The notes under the pieces were generated by a model. The model had not been told where the DNA came from and made no database searches. It worked only from the letters and a program-made list of their open reading frames with translations. A stretch of 64,000 nt of DNA from Cyanophora paradoxa CCMP329 (lineage: Eukaryota; Plantae; Glaucophyta), in the NCBI GenBank assembly GCA_004431415.1, contig QPMI01000198.1, positions 1 through 64,000 on the forward strand, given 5' to 3'. A program made the position numbers and the translations under genes. Numbering within the stretch: position 1 is the first letter of the stretch; every line of letters starts with the position of its first letter. Below, in pieces: positions 35,301-48,642 of the stretch.

Positions 35301-36779
35301 CCTTGCCGCCGGGTCGCGGGGCGTGACGCGGTGGGGCGGGCAGAACAAGGCGGACGTGCGGTACGTGGTCTCGTCGCTCTCGGCGAAGGCGGACCTGGCG
35401 GCGGTGGAGAAGAAGGTGGACGCCGACTTCATGAACGACCTCTTCGGGGCGCTGCGGCGGGAGGTGCAGGAGAACCGCCTCGCCGAGGCCGAGGTCGAGG
35501 GCGTCCTCGAGGGCCTCCGCGCCGCCCTCGTCAAGAAGGCCCGCCACCCGCCCCCGCCCCCGCCCCGCCCCGCCCCGGCCGCGCCCTCCTGACGGGGCGC
35601 CGGGGGCAGGCGGACCGGGCGGAGCTGGCGCGGGTGTCGAAGACGGCGTCGCTGCTGGTGCAGGAGGCGGTGCAGCGCGGCGGCGAGGGCGGCGGCGGCG
35701 GCGGCGAGCCCGACGACGGCCTCTGCTGCCTCTCCTGCCAGCGGCCCGTGCGGCGCTCCAAGGAGGGCCACCCCCTCGGCGCCTCCTACTCCCCGGCCTC
35801 CATCGCCGCGCTCTCGCGGCTGCCGGCCCTGCCGCCCAACATCACGGCGGCGATGGCGGGGCGGCTGCTGCAGCGGCTCGAGATCGAGCGGCGGCGCTGG
35901 TTCTCGCACACGCCGCTGCCGCCCATGTCGCGGCGGAGCCCGCGGGGGATGAACCCCCAGCTCGAGGGGGTCCTCCAGGAGGCTCGCCCCCCGCCCCGCC
36001 CCGCCCCGCTCGCCGCCGCTGAGGGGCGGGCGGGGGCGCAGCTGGCGTACTACGGGACGCCCTCGCCGGAGCTGGCGGGCCCCGAGGGGGCGCCGGGCCT
36101 CCCCGCCCCGGAGTACCGCGGCGTCCCCGACGACTCGCAGGCCCGCGCCGCCCTCGGCGCCGACGGTCCCCTCCCTCCCCGCCCCGCCCCTCGCCCCCGG
36201 CCCGTGACGCCCCGGGCCGGGCGGCAGGGCGCATGTACAGAATCTCAGAGGACGGCAACACGGACAAGGCGGTCTACCAGGCGCGGCCCCCCGCCCCGCC
36301 CCCGCCCCGCGCCGCCCTGACGCGCACCCCCGCCGCAGTTCAAGGCCCGGGTCCGCTGCCGTGGAGCCATGTCTCGATGTGGGGCGCCGCTGACGCGTCG
36401 CAGGGCCTCAACTGGGCGGGCAACGGGCCCCAGAGCCCGGACAAGCGCGCTCCCCCCCCCCTAGCCCCCCGCCCGCGCCGCGCAGCGCCTCTGACAAGAG
36501 GTGCGGGGCAGGCGGGCGATGTCGCGGGGCCAGCCGGTGTACCAGGGGGCGGGGCGGGGCGCGGGTTCGGCGGACCGGCAGTACCGGACCCTCAACGGGG
36601 ACCGCCTCGTGGCCGTCGCGCCGGGCACCGACCGCACCTCCGGCTCCGCCGCCCCACCCCTCGCCCCCTGGAGCGGCGAGCGCACCCCCGAGCGGGGCGC
36701 CCTGCCCCCCATCGCCGCCGGCGGGGGCGCCCTCCTCTCTTCCCCCTCCGCCCCCGAGCTCAGCGTGCAGCCAGCTTGA
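32341..36779 (+). CDS. Large coiled-coil protein, QRICH2/DUF4795-like C-terminus
   Basis: Coiled-coil exons, KADLAAVEKKVDADFMNDLF, KADRAEL, and CCLSCQRPV. Confidence 0.55.
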
Positions 36780-36867
36780 TATGCTGGAGTCAGAAGCTGG
36801 CTGTTGAACTAGATAGACTTTTCCTCGTGGTCTATGTCATGTACACGTTGGATTTGCTTAGAGTCTA

Positions 36868-39800
36868 TCACAAAATGTCGGCGGGGGGCGCCGGCGCGCC
36901 GGGCGGGGCGGGCCCCGGGCCCTCCGGGGGCCGCCAGGGGAGGAGGGCGCGCAGGAGGGCGGCCTGCGCGGCGGCGGCCTCCCGGGCGGCGGCGGCGAGG
37001 GCGGAGGCGGCGGCGGGGGCCGGGCGGCGCGGTAGGCGGCGAGGGGCCCGCGCACGCGCTCCGCGGCGGCGGCGAGGCGCTCGGCCTCGGGCAGCCGCGC
37101 CGCCGCCCGCGGCGCCGGCAGCAGCGCCAGGTCCGCCGCCGCCACCCGCGCCCCCTGCACCTGCCGCCCCGCTCGGGCGCGCCGGGGACCATCCGGGGCG
37201 GGGCACCGCGCACCACGTGCTGGGAGAGGGCGCAGAGCTCGCGGACTGCGGGGAGGGGTGCGCGTGAGGCGTCCCGAGGGATCAGAAGGGGGAGACGGCG
37301 GGGCGCACAGGCGGCGGCCTGCTGCGCGGCGTCGAGGCTCGGGGCCGGCGGCTCCCGGTCGGCGTCGGGCGGGCGCGGGGCCGGGGCAGGGCGGGCGGGG
37401 AGGCGGGCGCCCCCTCGGGCTGCGGGGGCGGCTGCGCGCTTGGGCCCTGCAGGGCGAGGGCCTCCGCGAGGAGCGCCTCGAGGCGGGCGGCGCGCTCGGT
37501 GGCGGCCGCCCGCGCCGCCCGCTCCGCCTCGAGCTCCGCCCGCAGCCGCCCCGCCTCCTCCTCCCGCGCCTCCAGCGCCGCCCGCGCCGCCCGCAGCGCC
37601 CCCTTCAGCGCCCGCTCCATCACCCCTCCTCCCGCCCCGCCGGCACCGCCGGCCCCCGCGCCCCGGGGCTGGAGCCGGGACCGGGGCCGGGCCGGGACCG
37701 GGGCCGGGGCTGGGGCCGGGCGGCGGGGACAGGGGTCGGGGAGGGGAGGGCGGACGGCTCGCCGTCCGAGGGCGCCGACGGCTGCGGGGCGGTCAGAGCG
37801 GCGGCGGGCGCGGGGGAGGGGAAGGCGCACGGGGGCGGCGGGGCGGGGCGGGGGCGAGGCGAGGGAGTCGGCGCGGGCGCGGGGGCTGCCCCCGCCCCGC
37901 AGCACCACCTCGTCCTCGTCCCCGAGTCCTCCCCGCCCCCGACCCTCGGCCCCCTCGGCCGGCAGCGGCGGCGGCACGCTCGGCCCGCCCCCGCCAGGAA
38001 GGGGTTCGGGGTCGGCGAGAGGGCACGAAGGCCGGCGGCGGCTCCGCCGACGCCGGCGGCGGGCCCCGCTCCGTCGGGAGAGAGGCCTCCGCTTCGGGCG
38101 TGGCGGGGGCGAGGGCGGGGGAGGCGACGGATGGGGCGGGGGCGGGGAGCGGTGGGGCGGGGGCGGGGAGCGGGGGCGTCTCGGGGCGCGAGGGGGATGG
38201 GGAGGCCCCGGCGGCGCGCGGCGCCGGCGCCGAGAGGCGCGAGCGGCTGCGCAGTACGGGCGTGAGGGGCGGCGGGCAGCGGGCAGCGGCGAGCAGCGGG
38301 CGGGGGCACCGGACGCGCTCCTTGGCGGAGGGCGGGCGGGGCGGGGGCGGGGGCGGGGGCGCGGCGGGCGGCCTCGAGGAACCAGAGGAGGGCGGGGAGG
38401 TCGGGGCGCGCCCCCAGCGGCAGCGCCAGCAGCGCCCCGCCCCGCGCCAGCGGCCCCCGCAGCTGCCGCGTCAGCGCCTGCGCGCCCCACCGCGCGTCCC
38501 CCTCCGCCGCCCCCGCGTCTGCCGCCGGGTCAGCACGACGGGGGCGCGGGGCGGCGGGGGCGGGCGGGCCGAGGAGGGTGCGGAGGGCGGCGAGGGAGGC
38601 GTTGAGGAGCTGCTGCTCGCGCGTCGCGGCGCCGGCGCCCGAGGCCGGGGAGCCGAGGCCGGGGCGCCGCACGGCCGGCGTGCTGTGGTCCCGCTGGCCC
38701 GCCCCCGGCGCGCCCAGCTCCGCGGGCCCAGCAGGACGACGTCGAGGGCCCAGGGCGGCCGCCCCGGCCCCTCGCCGGCCGGAAACGGCTCCTCCGGGGG
38801 GGCGGGGCGGGGGCGGGGGCGAGCGCGGGGGCGGCGGGGCCGGCGGGGCCTCGCCGTAGCGCGTGTTGTGCGCGGCCGGCGAGGGCGGGCCCCGAAGAGC
38901 CGCATGGGCCCCAGCGGGCTCTCCCCGCCCCGCCCCGACGCCGACGCCGAGGCCGAGGGGGAGGGCGGGGAGGCCGCCCCCGCGAGCGACGAGGGCGAGG
39001 CCGGCGCCGCGCCCTCCCCCGCCCCGCACGGGCTGAACCGGAAGAGGACGTGCGCCCGAACGTTCCCGCCGCTGCGGGCGGTCGGCGCAAGGAGGTGGGG
39101 GGGAGGGGGGAGGGGGCGGGAGGGGGTACCGTATCGAGAGGGCGGGGAGGAGGTCGGCGAGGCAGGCGTCGAGGTCCGCGGGGGAGGCGAGGGGGCGGGA
39201 GGTGGGCCCCCCCGCGGGGGCGTACCGCCGCGCGCAGCGGGAGGCGGAGAGGGAGAAGGCGGGTGGCGGGGCGCTGCTGCTCGTGAGGGAGGAGCGCCGG
39301 GCGCGCGCCGCCGGCTCCAGCGCGACCGGCGCCGCGTCGTTGAGCAGGTCCAGCGCCTCCTCCCCGTCTGCGCCCCCCGCTCCGCTCGCCCCGCGCGGCA
39401 GCCGGCGGGGCGGGCGGCGCGGGGCGCACGGATCTCCACGGCGGTCAGCTGGAGCTCGGGGTGCGCAGCAAGGAGCGCGACGCCGATCTTCCGGAGCGCC
39501 GGCTCCCGCGCAGGCGGCGGCGCACTGCCTCCCCGTCAGCGAAGCACAAAGGCGAGCGGGCGCTTATCGCACGGATGGCGCTTCGAGGATTTCATCGGCG
39601 AGAGGGATGTCGTCGACGCCCGCACAGCAACCGAGCCGAGGAGCCACTCGCACGAGCCTCCAATGCTCGGGACGAGAAGGGCGGCGTGCCCGCCGGACCC
39701 AGACGCGCGTTCGGCCAGGCGAGGCACCTCGAGGTTCGTCCAGTCGTCATGTGAGTAGATCGCGCGCACGTTGAAGCTGTTTCCATTCACAGTGACCTCG

Positions 39801-39880
39801 CGCGAGGCTTCGTCGACGCGCAAGCCTCGGCGCTCAAGGCAGCCGTCCTCATCGAGAATGACAACAACTGGAAGCTCCAT
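36868..39880 (-). CDS. Hypothetical protein with a possible degenerate kinesin-motor-like region and a C-terminal coiled coil
   Basis: Ordered weak matches to kinesin motifs: EALDLLN, RAHVLFRF, LDVVLLG, LLNASLAALRTLLG, LTRQLRGPLARGG. No P-loop. Coiled coil ALEAREEEAGRLRAELEAER. Confidence 0.45.
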
Positions 39881-40199
39881 GTCATCGGCTGGATGGGCCG
39901 GCGATGCCCGCTCGGGCGCCTCGTCCAGGACGTCGACACGCGCGTTCCCTGCGGTCAGTTTGCAACTTGAGAGCAACTGCGAACGCAGCGACCAGCCGAT
40001 CACTGCGGCGATCAGGTCCCAGCGCGCACGGGTAACACGACACTGAGCAACTGTAAGATTACGGAAAGCTAGCTTAGTAGAGTGGGTTCGACGCGGCGGC
40101 CATGTCGAAGTTTCAGGTTCGCTTCGGGCTGGCTTCTCGGCCTTGCGGAGAGGAAAGCGTTCATAAAGCGTAAGAGAAGACCGCGTATGGGCTGTTTCA

Positions 40200-42202
40200 A
40201 TGGCGGACGTGCGCGTCGGCGCGGTCCTCGCGCTGGTTACGCGGTCTGCGTGGCAGTCGAGCCAGGACAAGAATGCTGCGCAGTCACCTTAGCTATACGC
40301 CGAATCTCTTGCGAGCGTGGCATATCTGCGCTGACGGGCCTCGCCCGCGCAGTTCGGCAGCTTTATCGAGGGCGCGAGCTCAACGAGCGTCGAGGACAAG
40401 CGCATAAAGGCCCCCCCGCCGGCGTGAGCTAAGCGTCCCCTCTCTTCCGACGCTCGGATCGACCCGCGGCGGTGCCCGCGCAGGTACAAATGCGGCGGGA
40501 AGGATTTCGCCCCGGATTTGTCGAAGCCGATGGACGCGGGCAAGCCGCTGGGGACGGGGCTCGGCGAGATCTTCTCCTGCAAGTACTCGCCCGACGGCGA
40601 GCTGGTGGCCTCTGCGTGCGGGGACGGCAAGATCCGGGTCCGTGCAAGGATTTGATCTGGCGGTCCCAGCAGGTTCGATCGCTGGCTGACGCCCCGCCAG
40701 GTGTACAACGCTTCGTTCTGGCGGCAAAGCGACACGCTTATCAACCACGCCGACACGAAGCACCCTTGCACCTGCCTCCGGTTCCGCCCAAGCCTCATGG
40801 GTGCGCTCCGGCGGGCTCCGCTGCGCCCCGCCGCGCCTCGGGCCCACGCCTGCGGCAGGCTCTGATCGCATTGTCATCGCGACGAACACGCTCGGGAGCA
40901 TCAAGACGTGGGACCTGTGCGTGTCACCCCTTTTCATCCGCTCCAACCCAATCCCGGGGCCCCCGCCACACTTTCCCTTCCCGCCCCGCCCCGCCCCGCC
41001 CCGCCCAGCCGCGCGCTGCCCCTGACCCAGCATCCCTGCAGGACATCGGGCCGACTCGTCCGTGACGTCGTCCAGGAGGGCAGCGAGGTACCCCCCCCCC
41101 TCCTCCCCACCTCCCCCCCCCCCCCCCCCCCCCCCCCCCCCACACACACGGCGGCCCTTGTCGCCCATGTACCCCCTCCGACGCCGGAGGGACGCAGCTC
41201 TTCTCGTGCGACTACCGCTACGACGGACGCATGTACGCCTTCTCGGGCCGTACGCCGAGGTCCGCGCGCCCCGCCGCCCAACCCGCCGTACCCCGCCCCC
41301 CTTACACGCTTTCTGGGTACGCAGCTACTCGATTTGGGTACGGGACGAGGCGACGGGGAAGGAGGTGGCCGCCCTCACGGGGTCCTACCGCGCCATCTCC
41401 AACGACGTACGTACCCCTCCCCTCCCTCCCCGCGGGTGCACCCCGCCGGCGCCGAGGCGGGGTGCGGCAGATGAGCGACCAGTCGGCGGACACGACGCCG
41501 GGGGGGCACAGCAACCGGGTGTACGCGATCAAGTGGGTGCCGGACTCGGAGAGCCTGCTGCTCTCGTCGGGGTGGGACCACACGGTGCAGCTCTGGGACC
41601 TCCGCGAGGGCCGCTCCGTCCGCTCCTGGCTCGGCCCCGCTGTCTGCGGCGACGCCATCGACGCCAGGCGAGGCCCCGAGGCGCCTCTCCGCCCCGCACC
41701 AGGGCTGAGCGGGCCCCGCGCAGCACCTCGTCCGGCCCGGGGCTCATCCTCACGGGCTCGTGGCGGCCCCGGGACCAGCTCCAGCTCTGGGACATGGGCT
41801 CCGCCTCCCGCCTCGTCCGCTCCGTCGAGTGGTTCCAGGAGCCCGAGTCGCAGCGCTCCGGGTACAGCAACATGTGCGCCGCCCCGCCCCGCCCTGCGCC
41901 GCGCCGCGCGGGGCCGACCCCCCGCGGGGCAGCTACACGGCGTCGTTCAGCCGGCGCTCCTCGGAGCTCTTCGTGGCGGCGGGGAGCGGGACGAACGAGG
42001 CGCGCGTCTTCGAGACGGCCACGGGGCGCCTCCTCGGGCGCCTCCCCAAGGCCGACAAGACCATCAACTCGGTCGACTGGGCCCCCAAGGCCCGCCCCCG
42101 CCCCCGCCCCCCGCCCCGGCGCCCGCCCGCTGAGGCGCCGCGCAGCACCCGCGGGTCGTCGTCGGCTCGATGGATGGGCAGCTCGCCGTGTACGAGATAT
42201 GA
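40200..42202 (+). CDS. WD40-repeat protein
   Basis: IFSCKYSPDGELVASACGDGKIRVY, GHSNRVYAIKWVPDSESLLLSSGWDHTVQLWD, LILTGSWRPRDQLQLWD. Stop at 42200-42202; the start is approximate. Confidence 0.88.
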
Positions 42203-42377
42203 TCCCGGGGCTCGGGCCGGGACCCGAGGCCGGCGGCTGGGTAGGGGCAGGGCAGAACTAGCGCACGCAGGCGTATACGTACTGGTAGCCAGGGGTAGCT
42301 GCAGAGTCCGAGAAACAGCAGTAGGCCGCAGGGCTCCTAGATCTAGACACTCTGTGCAACTACGGGCATACGCATCG

Positions 42378-45300
42378 ATGTCGATCGCTTCAAGGCTTCA
42401 AGGCTTAATTGCATCTACCCCCCCTCGGCTCCCGCGGCGTCTGCCGCCTTTCGATCCGCCGCGCGTTGCGATGGCCTCCGACGATCTCGTCGAGCGGCTG
42501 CTGCGGGGCCTCGCCACGTGCCCCGCGGCTGTGCTCGAGCGGCCCGGCGAGTTCAAGGTGCAGGTTCTCTACAGCGAGGTCGTCAACAATCAGCTCGTGC
42601 GACACCCCTACCGCGTGGACGACAGCCTGTACTTTTACCCAGCATCGTAAGACCCAGCCCTGAGCCTCGGGCGCGACGAGAGCTGAACCCTGCATCGCTT
42701 TCGCGCAGGGCGATCAAGACATGCGGTGCAATCGCCGCCGCGCAAAAGCTCGCCAGACTGCGCCGTGAGACCGGTCCGCGCGCCCGGCGTCCGATCCCCG
42801 CTCCGCCGACGCCGCGCCGCGCCGCCGACGCCGCGCCGCGCCGCCGACGCCGCGCCGCGCCGCCGCCGCACGAGCAGGGAAGAGCCTGACGCTGGACACG
42901 CGGATGCTACTGTTCCCCGTTGCGACGCGGGCGGGGGCGCCGACGGCGGAGGAGCGCGGGCGGGCGGCGGAGACGACGCTGGCGCGGGAGGTGCACAAGA
43001 TGAGCATCGTCTCAGACAACGAGGCCTACAACCGCCTCTACGGCTTCGTCGGGCACCAGCAGATCAACGAGGCCATGCGCGCCCCGGCCGCCCCTCCCCT
43101 CCCCTCCCCCGCCCGCGCCGAGCGGCGGGGCGGCGCGCGCAGGTGGGCGGCCGGCCTCGCCAGCACCCGCCTCCTCCACCGCCTCTCCGAGTCCCGGCCC
43201 GCGGAGGAGCACCTTTGGTCCCAGGCCGCCGAGCTCTACCCCCGTGCGGCCCCTTTCCCGCCCCTCGCGCCCCCCCCGCCGACCGGGGACGGCAGCGGAG
43301 GGGGGACCCGTGAGCGTGCCGGCGTACCGGACGGCGCTGCGGGGCGCCCCGGGCGGCGGGCCCCTTACCAACGAGGCCCTCCAGGAGACCAGGGTAGGGC
43401 GCGCCGTCGTCGAGAGGGGCGCCCTCCGCGACGGGCCCTTCGACTTCACCGCCAAGGCCCGTACCCCCCTGTCCCGGCCACCCACGGAGATGCGCCTGCC
43501 TGGATTCGAACCGGTGCGCAGAACCGGATGACGGTGGGCGACATGCAGGACATGCTCGTGAAGCTCGCCCGCCCCGACATCCAGGTACCCCCACCTCTCC
43601 CCGCACCGCGTACCCCCGACGGTCCCGCCCCGACCCCCGCAGCTATCGACCCCGGGCTTCGACCTGCCCGAGGCTGAGCGGCTCGCGCTGCTGGAGGCGA
43701 TGCGCCTGTACCCCTCGCAGTGGCCTCCGGGCGGGTGGGCGTACCCCGACGACTACTGCAAGCTGCTGCTGCCGGGCCTCTGCCGCGTGCTCCCCAAGGC
43801 CCGCTGGCGCGTTTACAGCAAGGTTCACCCCACTGTACCCCCTGGTGTTGGATTACCCCCGAGCCCTCCTCCCAGATCGGGCGGGCGTACGGGTACACGA
43901 TCGAGAACGCTTACGTGACCGACGCGGAGGGGACGCGGTGCGCGCGGCCCGCTGCGCGCGGGCCCCCGAGAGGCTGAGGGGGGTAAAGGGCGTTCTTCGT
44001 GACGGCGGTGATCTACACGAACGCGAACGGCGTCCTCAACGACGACAAGTACGAGTACAGGGAGGTGCGGGGGCCACGGGCTCTCGGCGGGGGAGGCGGC
44101 GGGTCTGAGAGGGGCGCGGAGGTGGCGGACCCGTTCATGGCGGCGGTGGGGGAGGCGTGCGCGCGGCACAGCTTCGACGTGCCCCCGGCCCGCGCCGCCT
44201 GGGTCACCCGCTTCGACTACAAGACCCGCGCCGACGGTGCGCTGGGGGCGGGGCCCGCCCGCGCGCCCCGCGCGAGCCGGCGGCGCAGTGGAGCGGATCG
44301 TGGAGGAGTGCGCGGCGGCCGGCCTCAACACCCTCTTCTTCCAGGCCAGCCTCCTCCGATCCCGCCCCATCTCGCCTCGCTCCGTCTCACCTGAGCCTGC
44401 GGCGCCAGGTCCGGGGCAACGGGACGGCGTACTACCAGTCCGCCCTCGAGCCGTGGGCCCAGGAGCTCCTGCCGTGCGCCCCGCCCGCCCCGCACCGCCC
44501 CGGCCGGCGCGCCGCGCTGAGGCCGTCGCAGCGAGGACCAGCCCGACGGGAGGCCCGACTGGGACCCCTTGCGCACCGCCATCGAGTGCGCCCCGCCCCC
44601 GCCCCCTCGCTCCGCCCGAGCGCGACGCCGCGCCGGCAGCGCGGCGCGGGGGCGGGGCCTGGCGCTGCACGCGTGGGTGAACGTTGCGCCGGCGTGGCGG
44701 GGCAGGGAGGAGCCGCGGAGCCGGCGGCAGCTCTGGCACGCGCGCCCCGCGTGGATGTGGTACGACCAGCGCGGGGCCCGCCAGCCCCTCACCGACTTCT
44801 ACGTCTCCCTCAACCTCTGCCTCCCCGAGGCCCGCCCGCACCCCCCTCCCCTCCTCCGCTGAGCCGTCTGAGCCTCCCCTCCGGGGTCCCTTACTCAGGT
44901 GCGGGAGTACGTGGTGGCGGTGCTGCGGGACCTGCTGGAGGGGTACCCCGACCTCGACGGCCTCCACCTCGACTACATCCGCTTCCCCAACGAGCCGCCC
45001 GCCATCCCCGCCGGCTCCGACGTGCGCCGCCTAGCCCCCGTGTCTCCCCCTTTCTCACCGCATCCCCCGCGCCCCGAAGATCGACTATCCCCGGGACGAG
45101 CGGACGCTGGAGCTGTTCGGAGCGGCGCCAGAGGCTGATCGGGCCGCCTGGGACGCCTGGCGCGCCGAGCAGGTGCGCCTCCCTCCCTCTCATCGAAGTG
45201 GGGCGCCCCTCGTCACGCCGCGCCCGCCCGCAGGTGACGGCGCTCGTGGTCGCGATCCGGGCGCTCGTGGACGAGCGCAACGCGGGGCGGGCGGCGTACC

Positions 45301-45785
45301 CGCCGGCGGCGCTGGCGCCGGCGCGCTCGGGGCGCGGCGGCGGATGGCGCTCACGGCGGCGTGCGGGCCGCTGCGGGAGGCCGCCCTCCACCACCACCAG
45401 GCCGCCCCGCCGCCCCGCCCCGCCCCCTTCGAGCCCGGCCCCGACGCCCCCCGGGAGCGCAGGACGCGCAGGAGTGGCTCCGGCGGGGCCTCCTCGACGC
45501 CGTGCTCCCCATGGCGTACCGCAAGACGGGCGCCGACCTGGCGGCGCTGCTCGAGGGGTGGGGCGCGGGGGAGGCCGGCTGCCCCGTGGCGCTCGGGCTG
45601 GGGGTGTACATGTGCGCGACGGCGGAGGAGGCGGCGGGCAGGTGCGGGCGGCCGCGGGGCGCACCTCGGACCTCTGCCTCTTCGCCTACTCGAGCCTCGC
45701 CGAGCAGCGCGCCCGCGGCCCCGCCCTCGACGAGGCCCTCGCCGCCCTCGCCGCCGCCCAGCGGCCCGCCTTCGAGGCCCCCTAG
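42378..45785 (+). CDS. Fusion of a class-A beta-lactamase-like serine hydrolase domain and a GHL10 (DUF187/YddW-like) glycosyl hydrolase domain
   Basis: YFYPASAIK (SxxK split by an intron), IVSDNEAYNRLYGFVG (SDN), YSKIGRAYG, VIYTNANGVLNDDKYEY. The same exon continues into RAAWVTRFDY, followed by GLNTLFFQVRGNGTAYYQS, LHAWVN, YPDLDGLHLDYIRFP and WLRRGLLDAVLPMAY. Confidence 0.85.
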
Positions 45786-45940
45786 CCGCCCGCCCCGCCC
45801 CCGCCGCCCCCCTCGCCGAGTTGTAACTGTCGCCAATTGTAACTGTATCTACGACGGGGCTCGCAACTTGCAAATAGCAGAGGTAAAGAGCAGAGGAGGT
45901 GACTCTGAGATACTTTGATCGAAATCAACCATACATTTGG

Positions 45941-47694
45941 TCAAGTCATTCCATACTCGAGGCGCCAGCGGCTGGCAAGGAGGGGGCGCACGGAGCCCCA
46001 CTCCGAGAGATCTCCCACGCAACGGACGAGCACGAGGTCACCCGGGGCTGGAGCCGGGCGGGCTGCCATAGTCGCTAGCGGCTCAAGCGCCGCAAGCCCC
46101 TCAGCGGCTACAGTTTCGGCTGTTTCCGCAAGGATCAGCGACGCGCGCCGTAGACGCATGCAGGCGGCCAGAGCGGCGGTCTCCTCTCTGGTGGGATACA
46201 GCTGGTCCCTGATGTACTCTTCAAGGCTTTCCTGTGGTACGATTGGTACGAGAGCCGAAATGGGGGGGTACGAAGGTTGTCGGGGGGAGCACCTTTGCGG
46301 CACGGACGAGGGCAGCGGCGGCGGCGGATAACGCAGGGTCGCGGCAAATCACGGCATGTGGCACGGGCTTGGAGATGGTAAGAGAGAGAGCGCGGAGGGA
46401 GGGGGCGGAGGGGAGGGCTTCGGCGAGGGCGGCGAGGGCGGGTGCCAGGTGCGCGGGGACAGAGCCGGAGAATTGAATCGAGAGGCGCTCGAGGGAGGTG
46501 AGGCGAGGAATAAGAGTCAGACACCCGGGAGGAGGAATGAAGACAAGATTCGGGATATCCCTCCGCCTGCAGGAAGATAAGAGCGGGCGCAGAAGGATTG
46601 GTTGTGAACAGCGCACGGTCCGATCGACAAGGAATGCAGCTGTGAGGAAGAGATTCATGGGGGGTACAGAAGGCAAGGAGGACAGATAGCACCTTCCCGA
46701 CCGAGGCCAGGCTCGGCCAGTCGTAGCTTGATCCTAGGAGGGTCAGAGTTCGCAGGCTGTCCTGCAGGGAGGGTGAGAAAGTTGAGCGGGGGTATGAAGA
46801 AGAAATAGAAGGGCGCGCGATCTGGGCGACGTTATGCAGGAATTCAGTCGAGGCGAGTTCGAGTGTCTCAAGCTGCGAAGATGCGAACTGCGGTGCACCA
46901 TCACTGAGTCAGGATGCGGCAAAGGAAGGGGAGAGAGCGGGCGTGCCTTTGGGAGGGCGCTCAGGGCAGCATCGAGACCGAAGGCGCGCAGGAGGGGCAT
47001 GCGGAAGAGCGGGGCGAGGGAGGCCGCTTCGAGAGGGCCCGTGCGCGAGCGGGACGTCACCCGAAGCTCCTATAAGGCCACGGTGATCAACGGCGGGGAG
47101 TGCGCGCGGGGCTGACGAGCGGACCTCGAGAAGGGGGCACAGGAGCTCGATGGCGGCGGCCAGAGAGCGGGCGGACGATGAGTACGCATTCGAGTCCACG
47201 TACTCCATTTCGTGGTGGGCGATTCGAAGAGACCGCAGCCCGCCAAGCCCCGACCCAACCTGTCCCCACCAGGGGAACCGTAAGAAGCGGGCACCACCGG
47301 GAATCAAACCCCGAACGCCGCGAACCGCCAGAAGGAGCTCGCCGGAGGCGCCGATGGAGTCGGCGAGGTCGAGGCTCCGGAGGGCCGTCAGCCGCCGCAG
47401 CCCCGCCACGATCGCCTCGCGCTCCTCGCCCTCTGTAAAAAAAGATCAGGCCTCCGCGAAGAGGATCGGTGGGCCGCGGGCGCACGAGGCAGGCGCCTGC
47501 GCTCGCTGGCGTCGGCGGTCTGGATGCGGATGCTGAGCTCCTCGAGGGTGCCCGCCACCGGGGCCAGAGCCTCGAGCAGCCCCGCGACGTACGCGTGCCG
47601 CTTCTTAGCGTGCGTGTCCGTCGACGTCTCTGGGTAGAGAGCCGCGTCCCTGCGCGGCACTGCTCAGCGGCCGGAGGCAGCGGGGCTCGGCCCA

Positions 47695-47731
<37 letters not shown>

Positions 47732-48530
47732 GCAGGTGCTAGGACGGGACTCGGCCGGAGACAGCGGGGCAGGGGGAGGGTACCCGGGTCGACGCCCTTG
47801 AGCCATTCTCCAAAATGCGTTCATTTGGGACTCCACGTGCACGTCCCTGAGAACGGACACGTCGGCGATCGGTACGGGAACCATGCCAAGCGACGAAGAC
47901 GGCACCCATGCCAGACGAGGAAGCGACGAAGCCTCTGGATGGAAGAAACGAAGGAGAGGAAGGGCTTAGACGGTGGCTTAGGGTTCCACAGCGAGGAATC
48001 GAGTCTGTCGCTGCGGGTCCTGTGGGGGCCGGGCGCCGGTGCACGTTCAGAATGTGATAGAGAACATGGTAACAAAGAGTATGCCCGAGTATGCAGCCTG
48101 GCGGACGCCACATGTCAATCTCCAGCACGCTACCGTCGGCGAGCTGCACTGCGCCAGACTGCACGCGCTGGGCCCATTGCCTGAGCTCTGCTTCGGGCAT
48201 ATCGCGGAATCGCGAGCACCCGATGCGCTGTCCCCGAAGGCCGAGCGCGTCGAATTTTGTCGACGCCACAGTCGACGCCAGCACCTCGCGCAATCTCCGG
48301 CACACGAGCGGAAAGCGGCACCCTTCCCAAGCCTCCCGCACACCCAGACAGACGATCACGCGCTTTAGCAACTCGTCCGGGAGGAGCTCAAGGGCGGAGA
48401 AGACCCGCGCATCGTCGGATTCTGCAGCTGCTCCCCTCTGACGCTTGCAGCCGCGATCAACCGGTGAACTTTGTGGCCGGGGCTCGCTCATTGTGCCGGC
48501 GAACTTGGCGTCCAGCTCGCTAGCGCTCAT
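45941..48530 (-). CDS. F-box/LRR protein
   Basis: ALELLPDELLKRVIVCLGVREAWEGCRFPLVCRRLREV (F-box). Downstream LRRs include LRRLTALRSLDL, LTSLERLSI and LRALSLTI. Confidence 0.75.
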
Positions 48531-48642
48531 CGTGCTGGCGTAGACTAGGCCAGAGGGGGGGGATGGGTGGGGGGGGTAGAGGTCTAGAGCAGTTGTGACG
48601 GGAGCCCACGAAACCAGACCAGCCTTCAAACCAGCGATCAGC

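Noticed and set aside
36834-39758. 974-aa plus-strand ORF
   Set aside because: G/R/A-rich antisense shadow of the minus-strand gene in very GC-rich DNA.
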